DNA of 64,000 nt, from NCBI RefSeq assembly GCF_902713615.1, contig NC_052158.1:19588546-19652545 (forward strand). The letters run 5' to 3'. Numbering within the stretch: the first letter of the stretch is position 1; every line of letters begins with the position of its first letter. Under the pieces are notes generated by a model. It was not told the origin of the DNA, made no database searches, and saw only the letters and a list, made by a program, of their open reading frames with translations. This stretch comes from Scyliorhinus canicula. Its lineage: Eukaryota. Shown here piece by piece: positions 24,101 to 37,881 of the stretch. A program made the translations under genes and the position numbers.

Positions 24101-27100
24101 CCGAATCGATGATGGAGTTGAAGCCACCGCCCAGAATGACCGACATGGAAGTGGCCAACAGCAGTGGGAGTTGCTGAAGGACTGCCAGCCGCTCACTCTT
24201 TACGGCTGGGCGTACACGTTAATGAGTCTGAGAGGAGCGTTTTTGTGTGTGACCTGCTACGAGAAGGCGTCCGCCCACCACCTCAACTTCAGTCATGGTG
24301 AAATTTGTAACCCTGGTGTTTAGAGTTGCACTCAGTGGATGTTGGGGTTGTAGGTCGATCTTCGCAACGCATGTTTCTGCTGATGGATTTCTGGACCTGG
24401 TGTGTGTGTCCTTCCTTTTGTTGTCTGGGGTCTGGGGTATGTTGGTCACATTGATGCTCCCATCGACCAGAGGTTGATGTTGCCGGGGTTTTCCTCGTCT
24501 TCCTCGACTGTGATCCGGGGTGTCTGCTGCTCCCATTTATCTCGGTGCTTGGCCTCTTACATTGTGGACCACAGCCAGCTTCTCCTTCCTCATTAAGGCG
24601 GTGGCACTGGAGGTGCTGGCTGAAAGCTGCCACTTTTTACTCTTCACTAGCCAAACCATCGTTCAGTTTCCCTTGCATTTTCCACTTACGTTTCTCCCTG
24701 GTCACCGTTACCCAGGTCTCCTCATTCACTGCTGTCACCTCTTCCATTGAGTCTTCCTTTTCCAATGGGGGTGTGGTTGTGTCATCCGGGTGTGCTGGGG
24801 CCTCCACCTTTTGTTGAGGGTCCGTGTTTTCTTTTCCAGCATCTTGGACTGGGGTGGCTTTGACCCTGGAGGTCAAAAAGCAGGTCACCTCCTCTGTGGT
24901 GACCTTTTACACTCCACCACTGGTGATTTGTGCATACGCAGCACCCTGTTTTGGGCTGGCCTTGTAAAGATGGTCGGCCTCCCCATCACGGGTTGCAGCA
25001 TTTGGCTTCTTTTGCAGTCCTTGATCGGGTGTGCCTCCTGAATGCTATTTTTGGCAGCAACATGTCCAGTTTTGCCACAGGTGTGACACACTCGTGGCTG
25101 CGCCGCCCAGTAAAGGTAACCTCATCTTTGGACTGAGAAATGATTGTCACGCCCTTTAGTTCCTCACTTACTTTCCTTAGCTGCCGCAAGTACCTTTCAC
25201 CTACTTTCAAGCATGGTAACACTGTCATGCTTCCTTCTGCTGTTTTAAAACATTCCAATGTTTTACGTTCTTCCTCTTTAATTGTAATGCCTGCTTTGCC
25301 CCTCCCTTTTGTGGATACAGGCACGAGAGATCTGTCCTTTTTTTAAAAAAAAGTATTTTCATTTGACAAATTTTCAACAATGTACAATACAAAATAACCC
25401 CAAACAACAGAATCACCCCCCAGTGTCCCCCATAACCGCCCCCCACGCCCCCATCGCTCAACATTAACCAACTGCCAGAAGCGCATGATTAACAAACCCC
25501 AACAATCGTTGAACCCCTCGTTTGCTCCCCTCAACGCAAACGTCAACTCTTGTGAGGTCAAAAACTCCAGCCCCCCCCCCCCCCCCCCCCCGAGAGGCAC
25601 AGGGTGGAGAAGCTGTCCTCCGTCCCAACAAGACCCGCCTGCGAAAAATCAGCGAGGCGATGGCTAAAACATCGGCCCGCTCGGGCCGGTTAGAGGCCCT
25701 GAATATGGCTTCCAGAGGACCGGGCTCCACATCCTCGAGAGGCAGCACGGTGGGCGCAGTGGGTTAGCCCCGGCTCTGGGTCACGGTCCGTGTGGAGTTT
25801 GCACATTCTCCCTGTGTGTGCGTGGGTTTCGCCCCCACAACCCAAAGATGTGCAGGATAGGTAGATTGGCCACGGCAAATTCCACTTAATTGGAAAAAAT
25901 GAATTAGGCACTCTAAATTAAAAAAAAAAGTAAATCCCTCGAGATGAGGCTGAACATTGTCCTCAAAAACCTTTCCAGCTTTGGGCAAGACTAAAAGATA
26001 TGACCGTGGTTTGCTGGGCCCCTCCCACATATCTCACAGATATTGTCCACCCCCTCGAACAGCCGCATCCTGTACCCCACCTTCAGCTGTATCAGCCTCA
26101 GCCTCGCACACAAAGTCAAGGCATTTACCCTCCAGAGCACTCACACCACAATCCCTCTTCCAGCCCCGCCCCAGCTCTCCCATTTCATCTTCATTCCCTC
26201 AATCGACACCCTATGCTCCTCCAGAACCCTCCCATAAATCGCCGAGACGACCCCGCCTCCAGCAAGAGGAGGCAGGCGCTATCGGAAGGTTGAGGAAAAC
26301 CTTCCTCGCAAAGTCCTGCACCTGCACATACCTGAAACGTTCCCCAATGCCAACCCATACTTCTCTCCCAGCTCCTCCAAACTCGCAAATCGTGCCCCCC
26401 CCCCACCCAGGAACAAATCCTTAATTTCCAGTCGCCATCCCATAATAATACAGCAAGTTTGGGAGGCCTAACTCCGCCCCCAATGTGCCATCCCGTCTGC
26501 AGTATCACCCTCCTAATCCTGGCCACCTTCCCGCCACCCCCAAACAAACAAGATCAATCTGTCCATCCCCTGAAAATGACTTAGGTGGGGCAGCACGGTG
26601 GGCGCAGTGGGTTAGCCCTGCTGCCTCACGGCGCCGAGGTCCCAGGTTCGATCCTGGCTCTGGGTCACTGTCCGTGTGGAGTTTGCACATTCTCCCCGTG
26701 TTTGCGTGTGTTTCGCCCCCACAGCCCAAAGATGTGCAGGGTAGGTGGATTTGCCACACTAAATTGCCCCTTAATTGGAAAAAATGAATTGGGTATTCTA
26801 AATTTTAAAAAAAGACTTAGGAAAAAAGATCGCAGACATTGAAACAAAAACAAGAACTGCGGCAAAACATTCATTTTAACTGCCTGCACCCGACCCGCCA
26901 GCGACGGATGGAGATTGTCCCACCTCAGAAAATCCGCATTCACCCTCCCCACCAAATTAAACTTTTGAAGCCCTGCCCACTTGCATCCCCAAATACCTAA
27001 AATGAGTCACCGCCAGGTGAAATGGCAGCCCCCCCCCCCCCCGGAAGACCACAACATGCTCGCTTTTCCCGAAATTCAGTTTGCATCCCGAAAACGTCCC

Positions 27101-30100
27101 GAGTAAACCCATTATGCTCCCCATGGGCCTGCTCGGCTCAGAAATGTACAGCAGCAGATCATCTACATATAGGGACCCCCTATGTTCCATCACACTCCGC
27201 CCGCCCCCCCCTCATTCTCCCCTTCCTCAACCCCAAGCTCCTCAGCGCAATGGCTGAAGGCTCTATAGCCAGTGAAAACAGCAAAGGGAACATGGGACAT
27301 CCCTGCTTTGTAACCCAGCGTAATGCAAAATACCCAGAATTGATTCTGTTTCTACGCACGCTCACCATTGGCTCCTTATACAGCAGCTCACCCATGCCAC
27401 AAACTTTGAACCCCGAGTCTCTCCAGTAACGCCATCAAATAACTCCGCTCGACCCGATCAAACGCCTTCTCCGCATCCAACACCACCACTACGTCCGTCT
27501 CCCTCCCCTCCGCTGGAGAAAGCACCACATTCAACAACCTCCTCGAGAACAGCTATCTTCCATTTATAAACACCATCTGGTCAATCCCAATCACATTTGA
27601 GCGACACCCTTCCAACCTTAACACCAACACCTTTGCCAGTATCTTGGTATCCACATTCAGCAGAGATATGGGCCTATACGACCCACATTCCACCGGATCA
27701 TTGTCCTTCTTTGACAACAAGGAGATGGAAGACTGCCCCATCTTTGCGGCAAGACACCCCGCCCCATCGCCATCCCAAACATTCCCACCATCAACAGCGA
27801 CAACTTGTCCTTTAATTTTTAAAAAAATTTCGACCGGGACCCACCGAGCCCCGCAACCTTCCCTGCCTGCAGCCCCCCCAATCGCCACCTTCACCTCCTG
27901 CTCCCCCACCGGCTCATCCAACCCTGCCCTCTCTAACTCTTCCAATCTCAGCCCATCTAGAAACTCCCTCATCTCTCGCTCCTCCGGCGCCGAGGTCCCA
28001 GGTTTGCTCCTGGCCCTGGGTCACTGTCCATGTGGAGTTTGCACATCCTCCATAAAAAAAATAACACTGCCCCTGGATGCAGATCGGAGGTGTTCACAGG
28101 GACCACAGAAGCACAGAGACAGGCTGGTTAGAAGGCCCGCTTCAGTTCTCTGGCAATTTGGCCCAGTTGTTTGCTTATACTTTAGGCCCCCTCGTCCTCA
28201 CCCATCACACCCTCTCACTCCCCACATCTCCATTCACACCATCCATGCCCCACCCACTTTCTAATTTCCCCTCATACCCGCTATCCCAACTCATGTCGCC
28301 GACTCATCCTGTATTCCCTTCATACCATCCATGCCAACTCATATTCCCCACCTGTTGCTCTTTTAAAAATGTTGGTGAACCACAAGCCTTTCCCTTATAT
28401 CAATCAAATGACCACACAACCAGTTAGTTAGTTCAAAAGATGGTTTATTTACACCCACAAGAGTTACCTCGACATGCAAAGAATCTGCTGTTCACCCCGG
28501 TCGCTGCCGGTGGTAACTCTACGGGAATGCTCGGGGGGTGGCCTGTTGGGGGGGGACTTCTTCACCAGTTAAACTACACCTATCAGCTACAATAACCTAT
28601 ACTTTTTTTTTAAATAATTTTTATTGGAATTTTTTACAGAAAATATAAAAATATAACAAGTATAGCAACAAGCAGTAATATGCAACTATCAGCCCCATAA
28701 CACCCACAATTCCCCCCCATACCGTAACATCACATGTATCACACCCCCCCCCCCCCCCCCACCCCAACAAGAGAACTTAACCATACATTTAAATTAAATA
28801 AATCAAATTTAAATAAAATAAGCCAACATAATCAACGTCCCCCCCCCCCCCCCCCCCCCCCCCCGGGTTGCTGCTGCTACTGTCCCAGTACCCTATCGTT
28901 GAGCCAGAAAGTCGAGGAAAGGTTGCCACCGTTTAAAGAACCCTTGCACCGATCCTCTCAGGGCGAATTTAACCTTCTCAGGCTTAATGAAGCCCGCCAT
29001 GTCATTGATCCAGGTCTCCACGCTTGGGGGCCTCGCATCCTTCCACTGTAGCAAAATCCTTCGCCGGGCTACTAGGGACGCAAAGGCCAGCACACCGGCC
29101 TCTTTCGCCTCCTGCACTCCCGGCTCTACCCCAACCCCAAAGATCGCGAGTCCCCATCCTGGCTTGACCCTGGATCCCACCACCCTTGACACTGTCCTCG
29201 CCACCCCCTTCCAGAACTCCTCCAATGCCGGGCATGCCCAGAACATATGGGCATGGTTCGCTGTACTCCACAATAACCTATACTTAACGGCGCTGTGCAA
29301 ATGGACAAGGCCTTTATCTGGGTTTCACTTGGCTGGTTCGAAGAAAGTGGCTCTTTCTCTGCTGGGCTCATCCGTCAGGTAGCGATCGTTGGTCTTGAAC
29401 TTAGCTGGCTGTTCCTGCTGCAATTGGGTTGGCTAAGGCCGGATCCAAAAGAGACAGAACACATGGCTGTGTCCTCTTTTATCCCTCTGGGATTTCGCAC
29501 TCTTTGGGGCGGGCCTTAACCTTGGACCCAATTGTTCGACAGGGCTCTGATCACCGTCTTCGATTTCGGCCAATAAAGGGGCGGGTGCCTTGGTGGCTGG
29601 GCGGGTCCTTAGCGGTCATTGACCTTGGCAGTTGGGCTTTCTGAGTAAGGGGAGTGGCGTCGATCAGTCTGTGGCTGCACCGGTTGTTTGACTGGAGTTC
29701 TATTGTCCTGGGAAAATGGGCCATTAAAATGCAAACGAGCGGGGGTTTCGATCAGGTCTGATTACCTGATTCAGATACACGTAGGCCATGTATCTGTCTG
29801 AGTCCTGGGTTGGCCAGAATTCCCATGGTCCTTTGCCGGTTGCCACCTTAGATGGCTACACACACTTCTCATTTGCCCTCATACCCACTATCCCAACTCA
29901 TGTCTCCCACTAATCCCCTCATACAATCCATGCCAGCTTATGCTTCCGACTCATACCCAAGGCCCCTCATATCTTCGATGCCAACTCATAGAGCTTTCAA
30001 GCTCATTCACCTACTGCACAAAACTAATGAACCCTTACACCGGGGATTTGGCGGGGGCGGGAATTGCGGCGCACCGGTCGGCGGCCGCTGGCAGTGCCCC

Positions 30101-33100
30101 CCCCCACCCGGCGATTCTCCAGCCTGCGATGGGCCGAGTGACCACCCATTTTCAGCTGGTCCCACCGGTGTAAATTAGAGTAGGTACTTACCGGTGGGAC
30201 CTGGCTGCGCGGGCGGCCTCCGGGGTCCTCAGGGGGATCTGGCCCCGGGAGGCGCCCCCACGGTGACCTGGCCCACGATCGGGGCCACCGATCTGCGGGC
30301 GGGCCTGTGCCATGGGGGCACTCTATTCTTCCGCGTCGGCGGCTGTGGTCCTCCGCCATGGCCGACGTGGAGATGAACTCCCCCTGCGCATGCGCTGGAA
30401 TGACGCCAGCACACACTGGCGCTCCCGCGCATGCGCCAACTCACGCCGGCCGGAGGCCCTTCGGCGCCAGTTGGTGTGGCGCCAAGCCCCTTCCCCACCA
30501 GCCGGCGCAGCGCAAACCACCCCAGCGCCGGCCTAGCCCCTGAAGGTGCAGAGGATTCCGGTTCACGCCACTCCTCGACGTCGGAGTTGCCCGCCCCGCT
30601 GATTCACACAGAGTCCCGCCACATATCTTTAAATAGTAGAACCTGTAAGTACTTTTTATGGGGCCCAATCAACTAAATAGAAGAACACAAATTAACTGCT
30701 GGACAAATTAAAAGGGGTCGCTCCTTATGAACAACCGGAGCACAGCCGAAAAGGAATAAAGAGGAAAAGGAAACTTAAAAACCATCAAACCAAGATGTGA
30801 ATAGCAGGGTGGATAAAGCAGCCCAACCCCTGCGGTGCCTACCGAGCACAGAAGGCCTCGATGGTGCCCGTGGACACCACATGCTCCCTTTCCAGGGACA
30901 CCGGCCGCAAATGTGGCTGCATAAGAGGGGCAGACAGTCAGGTCAGATGACTCCCTCAATCGCCGGCTGCCTGGACCTTTCTATGGCAAGCTTGGCCAGG
31001 CCCAGGGGCAGGTTCACAAGGAGGTCCCCTCCCCCGCATTGGATGCCCGTAGATCAGGTGCATGGGGCTGAAGAACCTGTTAGTAATTGCCAATCTTCCA
31101 TCTTGTGTAAATAATCATTAAACCATTGACAAGTGATTGCAGCAGTTAAGCTTCTCCCCAGGTGTTATCAAAATAGCCTGGGCTATCAGCCAATTCTCTT
31201 GGGGAGGGTTTAAAATAACTTAACAGGGTTGGGCACCTGGAGGTAACATTAGTTAGGAAATCCAAGGTGAGCAAAGACAGACAGCACTAAACTATGAAAT
31301 ATTTGACAAAGTGAAAGGGAATGGAATATATTTATTTTCCCCGCTGCAGCTATGTGAATGCCTGGAGTGCGGTAAATAAATTGGTGAGCTGCAGGCACAG
31401 CTAGTCAGGTGGGATTATGTCTGGTGATATTGGAGACCTGGGTCAGGATAGGGAAGGAATGGGTCGCAAATACTCTGGCATACCTCAAAGACATGGAAGG
31501 CAAGAAAGATGGAAAGCTGGTGGGAATGGAGGAGATCGCAAACCGAATTCTCCGGCCATTCGCTGGCAGTGGGATTTTCTGGTCCTGCCTGCAGTGCACC
31601 CCTGCCTGCGGGTTTCCAGGTGGCATGAGGTGGTTTCAATGGGAAATCCCATTGGCAAGCGGTGGGCATAGAGAATCCCGCCACCAGTGAAGGGCCGAAT
31701 GCTCAGACTTCATTATCAGCACATCCCAGTCCAAAGCCGACATCTCCATGTCATGGCTGCCATCTACACCACAATGTGCCCACCCCTGTCCAATGCCATC
31801 ATCTCCATGTCATGGCTACCATCGACACCGCAATGTGCCCACCCCTGTCCAATGCCATCATCTCCATGTCATGGCTACCATCTACACCACAATGTGCCCA
31901 CCCCTGTCCAACGCCATCATCTCCATGTCATGGCTACCATCGACACCGCAATGTGCCCACCCCTGTCCAATGCCATCATCTCCATGTCATGGCTACCATC
32001 GACACCGCAATGTGCCCACGCCTATCCAACGCCATCATCTCCATGTCATGGCTACCATCTACACCACAATGTGCCCATGCCAGTCCAACGCCGTCATTTC
32101 CATGTCATGGCTACCATCTACACCGCAATGTGCCCACCCCTGTCCAATGCCATCATCTCCATGTCATGGCTACCATCTACACCGCAATGTGCCCACCCCT
32201 GTCCAATGCCATCATCTCCATGTCATGGCTACCATCTACACCACAATGTGCCCACCCCTGTCCAACGCCATCATCTCCATGTCATGGCTAACACCGACAT
32301 CGCAATGTGCCCACGCCTATCCAACGCCATCATCTCCATGTCATGGCTACCATCTACACCACAATGTACCCACTCCTGTCCAACGCCGGCATCTCCATGT
32401 CATGGTTACCGTCGACATCGCAATGTGCCCACCCCTGTCCAACGCCGGCATCTCCATGTCATGGCTACCATCTACACCGCAATGTGCCCACCCCTGTCCA
32501 ACGCCATCATCTCCATGTCATGGCTACCATCTACACCGCAATGTGCCCACCCCTGTCCAACGCCGGCATCTCCACTTCATTAGCAGCGGTAGCAGAGTGG
32601 ACTCGCAAAGGAGAATCCAACCCAGGGTGTCCTATAGGAGTCACGTGTCAATTGGTTACACTGAAGAAACATTACAGGTACCAATACACCACTGATGTAT
32701 TTTATAAAGCTACCAACCAGTGGTAAAGATATAGAGGAAGACATTTGCAGTGATGCAAAAACCATAGGATAAAAGGAGGGCTTGAATATGGACCAGGATA
32801 GTAACAGTGTAAAAGGCTGAAAGGTGAAGAGTTCCTGATGTGTGTACAGGAGATCTTTTTTGTTCCACATCAGTATGTTCTAGTTTAGTGAGGTTCCTTT
32901 AGATCTGGCCCTGAGGGAACAGGTGGTTCAAATGGATCAAGTGTCATTGGGGAAGTGTCATTATGTAATCATAAGGTTTAAGTTGGCTCTGGAAGAGGAC
33001 AAGGAGCAATATCAAGTAAAAATACTGCGGCACGGTAGCACAGTGGTTAGTGCTGTTGCTTCATAGCGCCAGGGTCCCAGGCTCCATTCCCAGCTTGGGT

Positions 33101-36100
33101 CACTGTCTGTGCTGAGTCTGCACGTTCCCCCCTTTTCTACGTGGTTTCCTCCGGGTGCTCCGGTTTCCACCCACAAGTCCCGAAAGACGTGCTGTTAGGT
33201 GAATTGGACATTCTGAATTCTCTCTCAGTGTACCCCAACAGGCGCCGAATGCGACAATTAGGGACTTTTCACAGTAAATTCATTGCAGTGCTAATGTAAC
33301 CTACTTGTGACACTAATAAAGATTATTATTATTATTATTATTATTATTAACATTCATGGTGCCCCGAGGAACCTTCTTTGCCCAATGCTGTACCCAGCCA
33401 GCCCTCTGTCCAGCATCCTCCCCCAACAGCTCCTATTCCTCCTTCACCCCCTGCCCTCTTTCTAACAAGCTGACCTCTTCCAGGGCCTCACTGTCTCTAG
33501 ATTCACACCACTCTGGCCATCCTATGGGATGCACAGCAGACCACCACATTGACCAAGACTCTTGCAGGAGACTATTGGAGGGAGCCAGCTGCCCAAGTCC
33601 AGGCAGCGAAACAACAGCTGTAGAATGACCTGCACAACGTTTGCTCTCCTGAACAGGTGATACAGGTTGTGTTGCCTCTGGCTGCTGCTCCTATAGAGGG
33701 GTGAGTTTTTAATTCTGTCATGGTAAAGCCAGCATTCTGTACCCATCCCTAATTGCCCTCGGAGGTGATGGCGAGTTGCCTTCTGGAAACGCTGCAGTCC
33801 ATCTGGTTGTGAGGTGGGAGGTGTCACGTTATGGACACAGCGACGGTGAAGGTACAGCGATAAGTCAGGACGGTGAAGGTACAGCGATAAGTCAGGACGG
33901 TGAATAACGTGGAGGGAAACTTACAGGCAGTAGTGTTCCCTTGCATTGGCTGTCCTTATCCATCTAGGTAATAGAAGTCATGGATTTTGAAGATGCTGCC
34001 AAACCAGGTTTAGTAAGTCACGGCGTTGCATCTGGTTGGTGGTACACACGGCTGCCATCACGTTTCAGTAGTAAGGGCAGCACGCTGGCGCAGTGGTTAG
34101 CACTGTTTCATCATGGCTTCGAGGTTCCAGGTTCGATCCCGGCTCTGGGTCACTGTCCGTGTGAGGTTTGCACATTCTCCCCATGTTTGCGTGGGTTTCG
34201 TCCCCACAGCCCAAAGATGTGCAGGTTAGATGGATTGGCCACACTAAATTGCCCCTTAATTGGAAAAATTTAATTGGATACTCGAAATTTACATTAAAAA
34301 AACTTTTTTTTCATGTTTCAGTGGTGGAGGGGTGAATATTTAAAGCGGTTGATGGGATGTTGATCAAGCCCAGTTTCCTGGCTGGTGTCCAGCTTCTTGG
34401 GTGCTGTCAGAGCTGAACTCATTCACATAAGTGTTGACTATTCCATCACACTCCTTTTAAAAAAAAAAAAAAAATTTGAAGTACTGAATTCTTTTTTTTT
34501 CCCCAATTGAGGGACAATTTAGCGTGGTCAAATCACCTCCCTGCACATCTTTGGGTTGTGGGGGTGAGACCCACGCAGACACGGGGAGAATATGCAAACT
34601 CCACACGGACAGTGACCCAGGATCGGGATCGAACCCGGATCCTTAACGCCATGAGGCAGCAATGCTAATCACTGTGCCACCGTGCTTCCCTTTATTGATA
34701 CAGCAGGTCATTGGTGACCCCATGAATGTCAGAATCTTCAACATGTGCGGTTCAGCAAATGTAATGTAAGAGCAGCAGCTAGCGTTGAAACTTCAAAAAG
34801 CAGAACCACAAAGCTTATCTCAATTGTTGTCGTTTCAATTATTTTCTGATTGGATCAGAGGTTCTGTTTAATTTTGAATGAACAGAAATACGACAGATTT
34901 GCCTGGTGGGATAATCCAGAACAAGAAGAATGTGTTGACGCTGGCATCAACGGGCCTCCAGGCCCAGCCGTTCTTCCCTTCCTTGGGGGCTAGCACGGCA
35001 CCAGAGTGCTGTGCGCTGCTCCGGCGCCGCAAGCCAGCCCCACATGGCCGGCGCGGGTCCGCGAATACGAGGCACAGATGGCACGGGTACGCGCAAGCGT
35101 GCTATGGCCGTTTCCGCACCGGTGCCCCGGGCAACATGGCGGAGACCGACAGTGGCCCGGCATGGAGGAACATAGACCCCCCCCCCCCCGGAATGAGACC
35201 GCCCGCCAATTGGTTGCCCCCGATCGCGGGCCTGACCACCGTGGAGGCCCCCCCCCCCCCCCCCCCGGCCGAGTCGGCACCCCCCCGCCCACCAGGACGG
35301 CACCCACAGCCAGAACGCTGATGTCCCGCCGGGTAGGACCATACGTGAACGACGCCGGCAGGACTCAGCGAAAATCGGCAGGCACTCAGCCCGTCGAGCG
35401 CGGAGAATCGGCGACCACGCCTGCGCGATCGCTGCCGATTCTCTTGTCGCCGGAGAATCGGCGGCCCGGCGTCGGAGCGGCATGGCGGGATTCGCGCGCC
35501 CCCCCGGCGATTTTCCGACCCGGAGAATCCCGCCCAATATCTTAAAATTAGAGCAAAACCATTCTGCACTGAAATCCGTGAACATTTTAGCCTTCTGCAC
35601 AGAGAATAATGAAATTCTACCGTCCGGGGCCATGGCTGCTGTGTCAATTAGAAGTGGTGATTGGAATTTGTAATACAGGGGGTCCTCAGACTTGAGATAC
35701 GATTGGTTCCTCAAAACCATGTCGGAACTTTAGAACCAATTTTCCCAGAGGAACAATGTCAAAAATGGGTGATTGGTTTGTGAACACGTTAATGTCCAGT
35801 TCTTCAGGCTTTTTGGCACCCAGATCTATAATATTTCTCTTCATTCAAAACTAAACTGAATATCTGCTCCAATCAGAAAATAATTTAAATAACGATTGAG
35901 ATAAGCTTTGTGGTAAACCACTTGTCTGAAGTTATGGGTCAACCAACAAGTCATTATTGGAGATTAGGGGCAGCACGGTGGCGCAGTGGGTTAGCACTGC
36001 GGCCTCACGGCGCCGAGGTCCCAGGTTCGATCCCGGCTCTGGGTCACTGTCCGTGTGGAGTTTGCACATTCTCCCCGTGTTTGCGTGGGTTTCGCCCCCA

Positions 36101-37845
36101 CAACCCAAAAATGTGCAAGATAGGTGGATTGGCCACGCTAAATTGCCCCTTAATTGGAAAAAATGAAGTGGGTACTCTAATTTTTTTTTTAATTATTGGA
36201 GATTAAACTACAGGGCTATGCTGGGACATGAGTCTAGCGCAGTGCTCGGATATTTATTGTGCTCATGCTCTCGGTGTAAGTAAACTAGGCACACAAAACT
36301 AAGACAGATAGCACAGCCTCCCCCATTCCACTGTCCCCTGTCTGTCTCCATACCTCTGTCCTGCAAGGCTACATTTCTACCACCAAAATCAGTGGGATGC
36401 TTTTCTGCGTCTGCCCGAACTGAGATCAATAGATTTTTCTATTAGGTAGTAGATCTGGGAGATAATTAGAAAAACAGGTAAATGCAGGGAAGGTGCAGAT
36501 TAACCACGATTTAATAGAATAACATAACCGGGCTTGAGGGGATGGAATCGAATGTTTGTGTTCCTATTCCGTGGCTGTTCTGAAGTAGGGAAGTTAATAA
36601 GCTGAAACGTTTGTCATTTCCAACGTGATAAAGTATTGAAGGCACTTACCAATGAGTTTCAAATCTGTACTCCATTTCCAATGTCCATTCACAATGGTAT
36701 AAACCCCTTGGTCAATGGGTTTTAAATTGTTTATCATCAGAGACCCATTGGATGTAAAATATCGCAAACGTGATTTGAAGTTTTGATTTGGTTCCTCTGG
36801 TTGGTTACCTGGTGCATAATCCAAAATAGTAAACCGGTTTCCATCACTGCCAGTAAACTCCCATTCAACACTGTCACTCAGATCAGCTCCACGTTCAGGA
36901 TCCAGTAAAACTGATGAACCAATGACACCAAAAACTTCTTTTCTTCCATCTGATTAACAGAAAATGTATTCTTTTAACTTATGGCAGTAAAACACAGAAC
37001 TACAATTTTAAAAACTATGAAGAAAAGCAACAGCAAATGCTGAAGAGGCTCCACTCCCCCATGTGTCACCTCAGGAATGGGACCGGGGCGGCAGCATGGT
37101 GGCGCAGAGGTTAGCACTGCTGCCCCATGGCACCAGGGTCCCAGGTTCGATCCCGGCTCTGGGTCACTGTCCGTGTGGAGTTTGCACATTCTCCCAGTGT
37201 CTGCGTGGGTTTCACCCCCCACAACCCAAAGATGTGCAGGGTAGGCGGATTGGCCACGCTAAATTGCCCCTTAATTGGAAAAAAAAATGAATTGGGTGCT
37301 CGAAGTTTAAAGAAAAAGGAATGGGACAGGGGGACTGACACATCTCTCTCTCAGGAGGTCGGAAGGCAGTGAGAAGAGTAAGGAAAGTGGCTGCATCGGG
37401 GGGTGGAGGGGGGTGGGGGGGAGGGGTGTGGGGGGTGGGGGGGGGAGGGGGGTGGGGGGGTGGGGGGAGGGGGGGAGGGGGGGAGGGGGGTGGGGGGGAG
37501 GGGGGGAGGGGGGTGGGGGGGAGGGGGGAGGGGGGGAGGGGGGTGGGGGGGAGGGGGGGGAGGGGGGGGGGGGAGGGGNNNNNNNNNNNNNNNNNNNNNN
37601 NNNNNNNNNNNNNNNNNNNNNNNNNNNNNNNNNNNNNNNNNNNNNNNNNNNNNNNNNNNNNNNNNNNNNNNNNNNNNNNNNNNNNNNNNNNNNNNNNNNN
37701 NNNNNNNNNNNNNNNTGGAGGGGGTGGGTGGGAGGTGTGTGGGGTGGGGGGGGAGGCAGGGAAACGTTAACAAACTTGGAACAGAGAAAAAGGAGAATGC
37801 AGGCGGAAGACGGGAGGGCCGGCTGGGTTTTTTTTTTCCTCTGCA

Positions 37846-37881
<36 letters not shown>

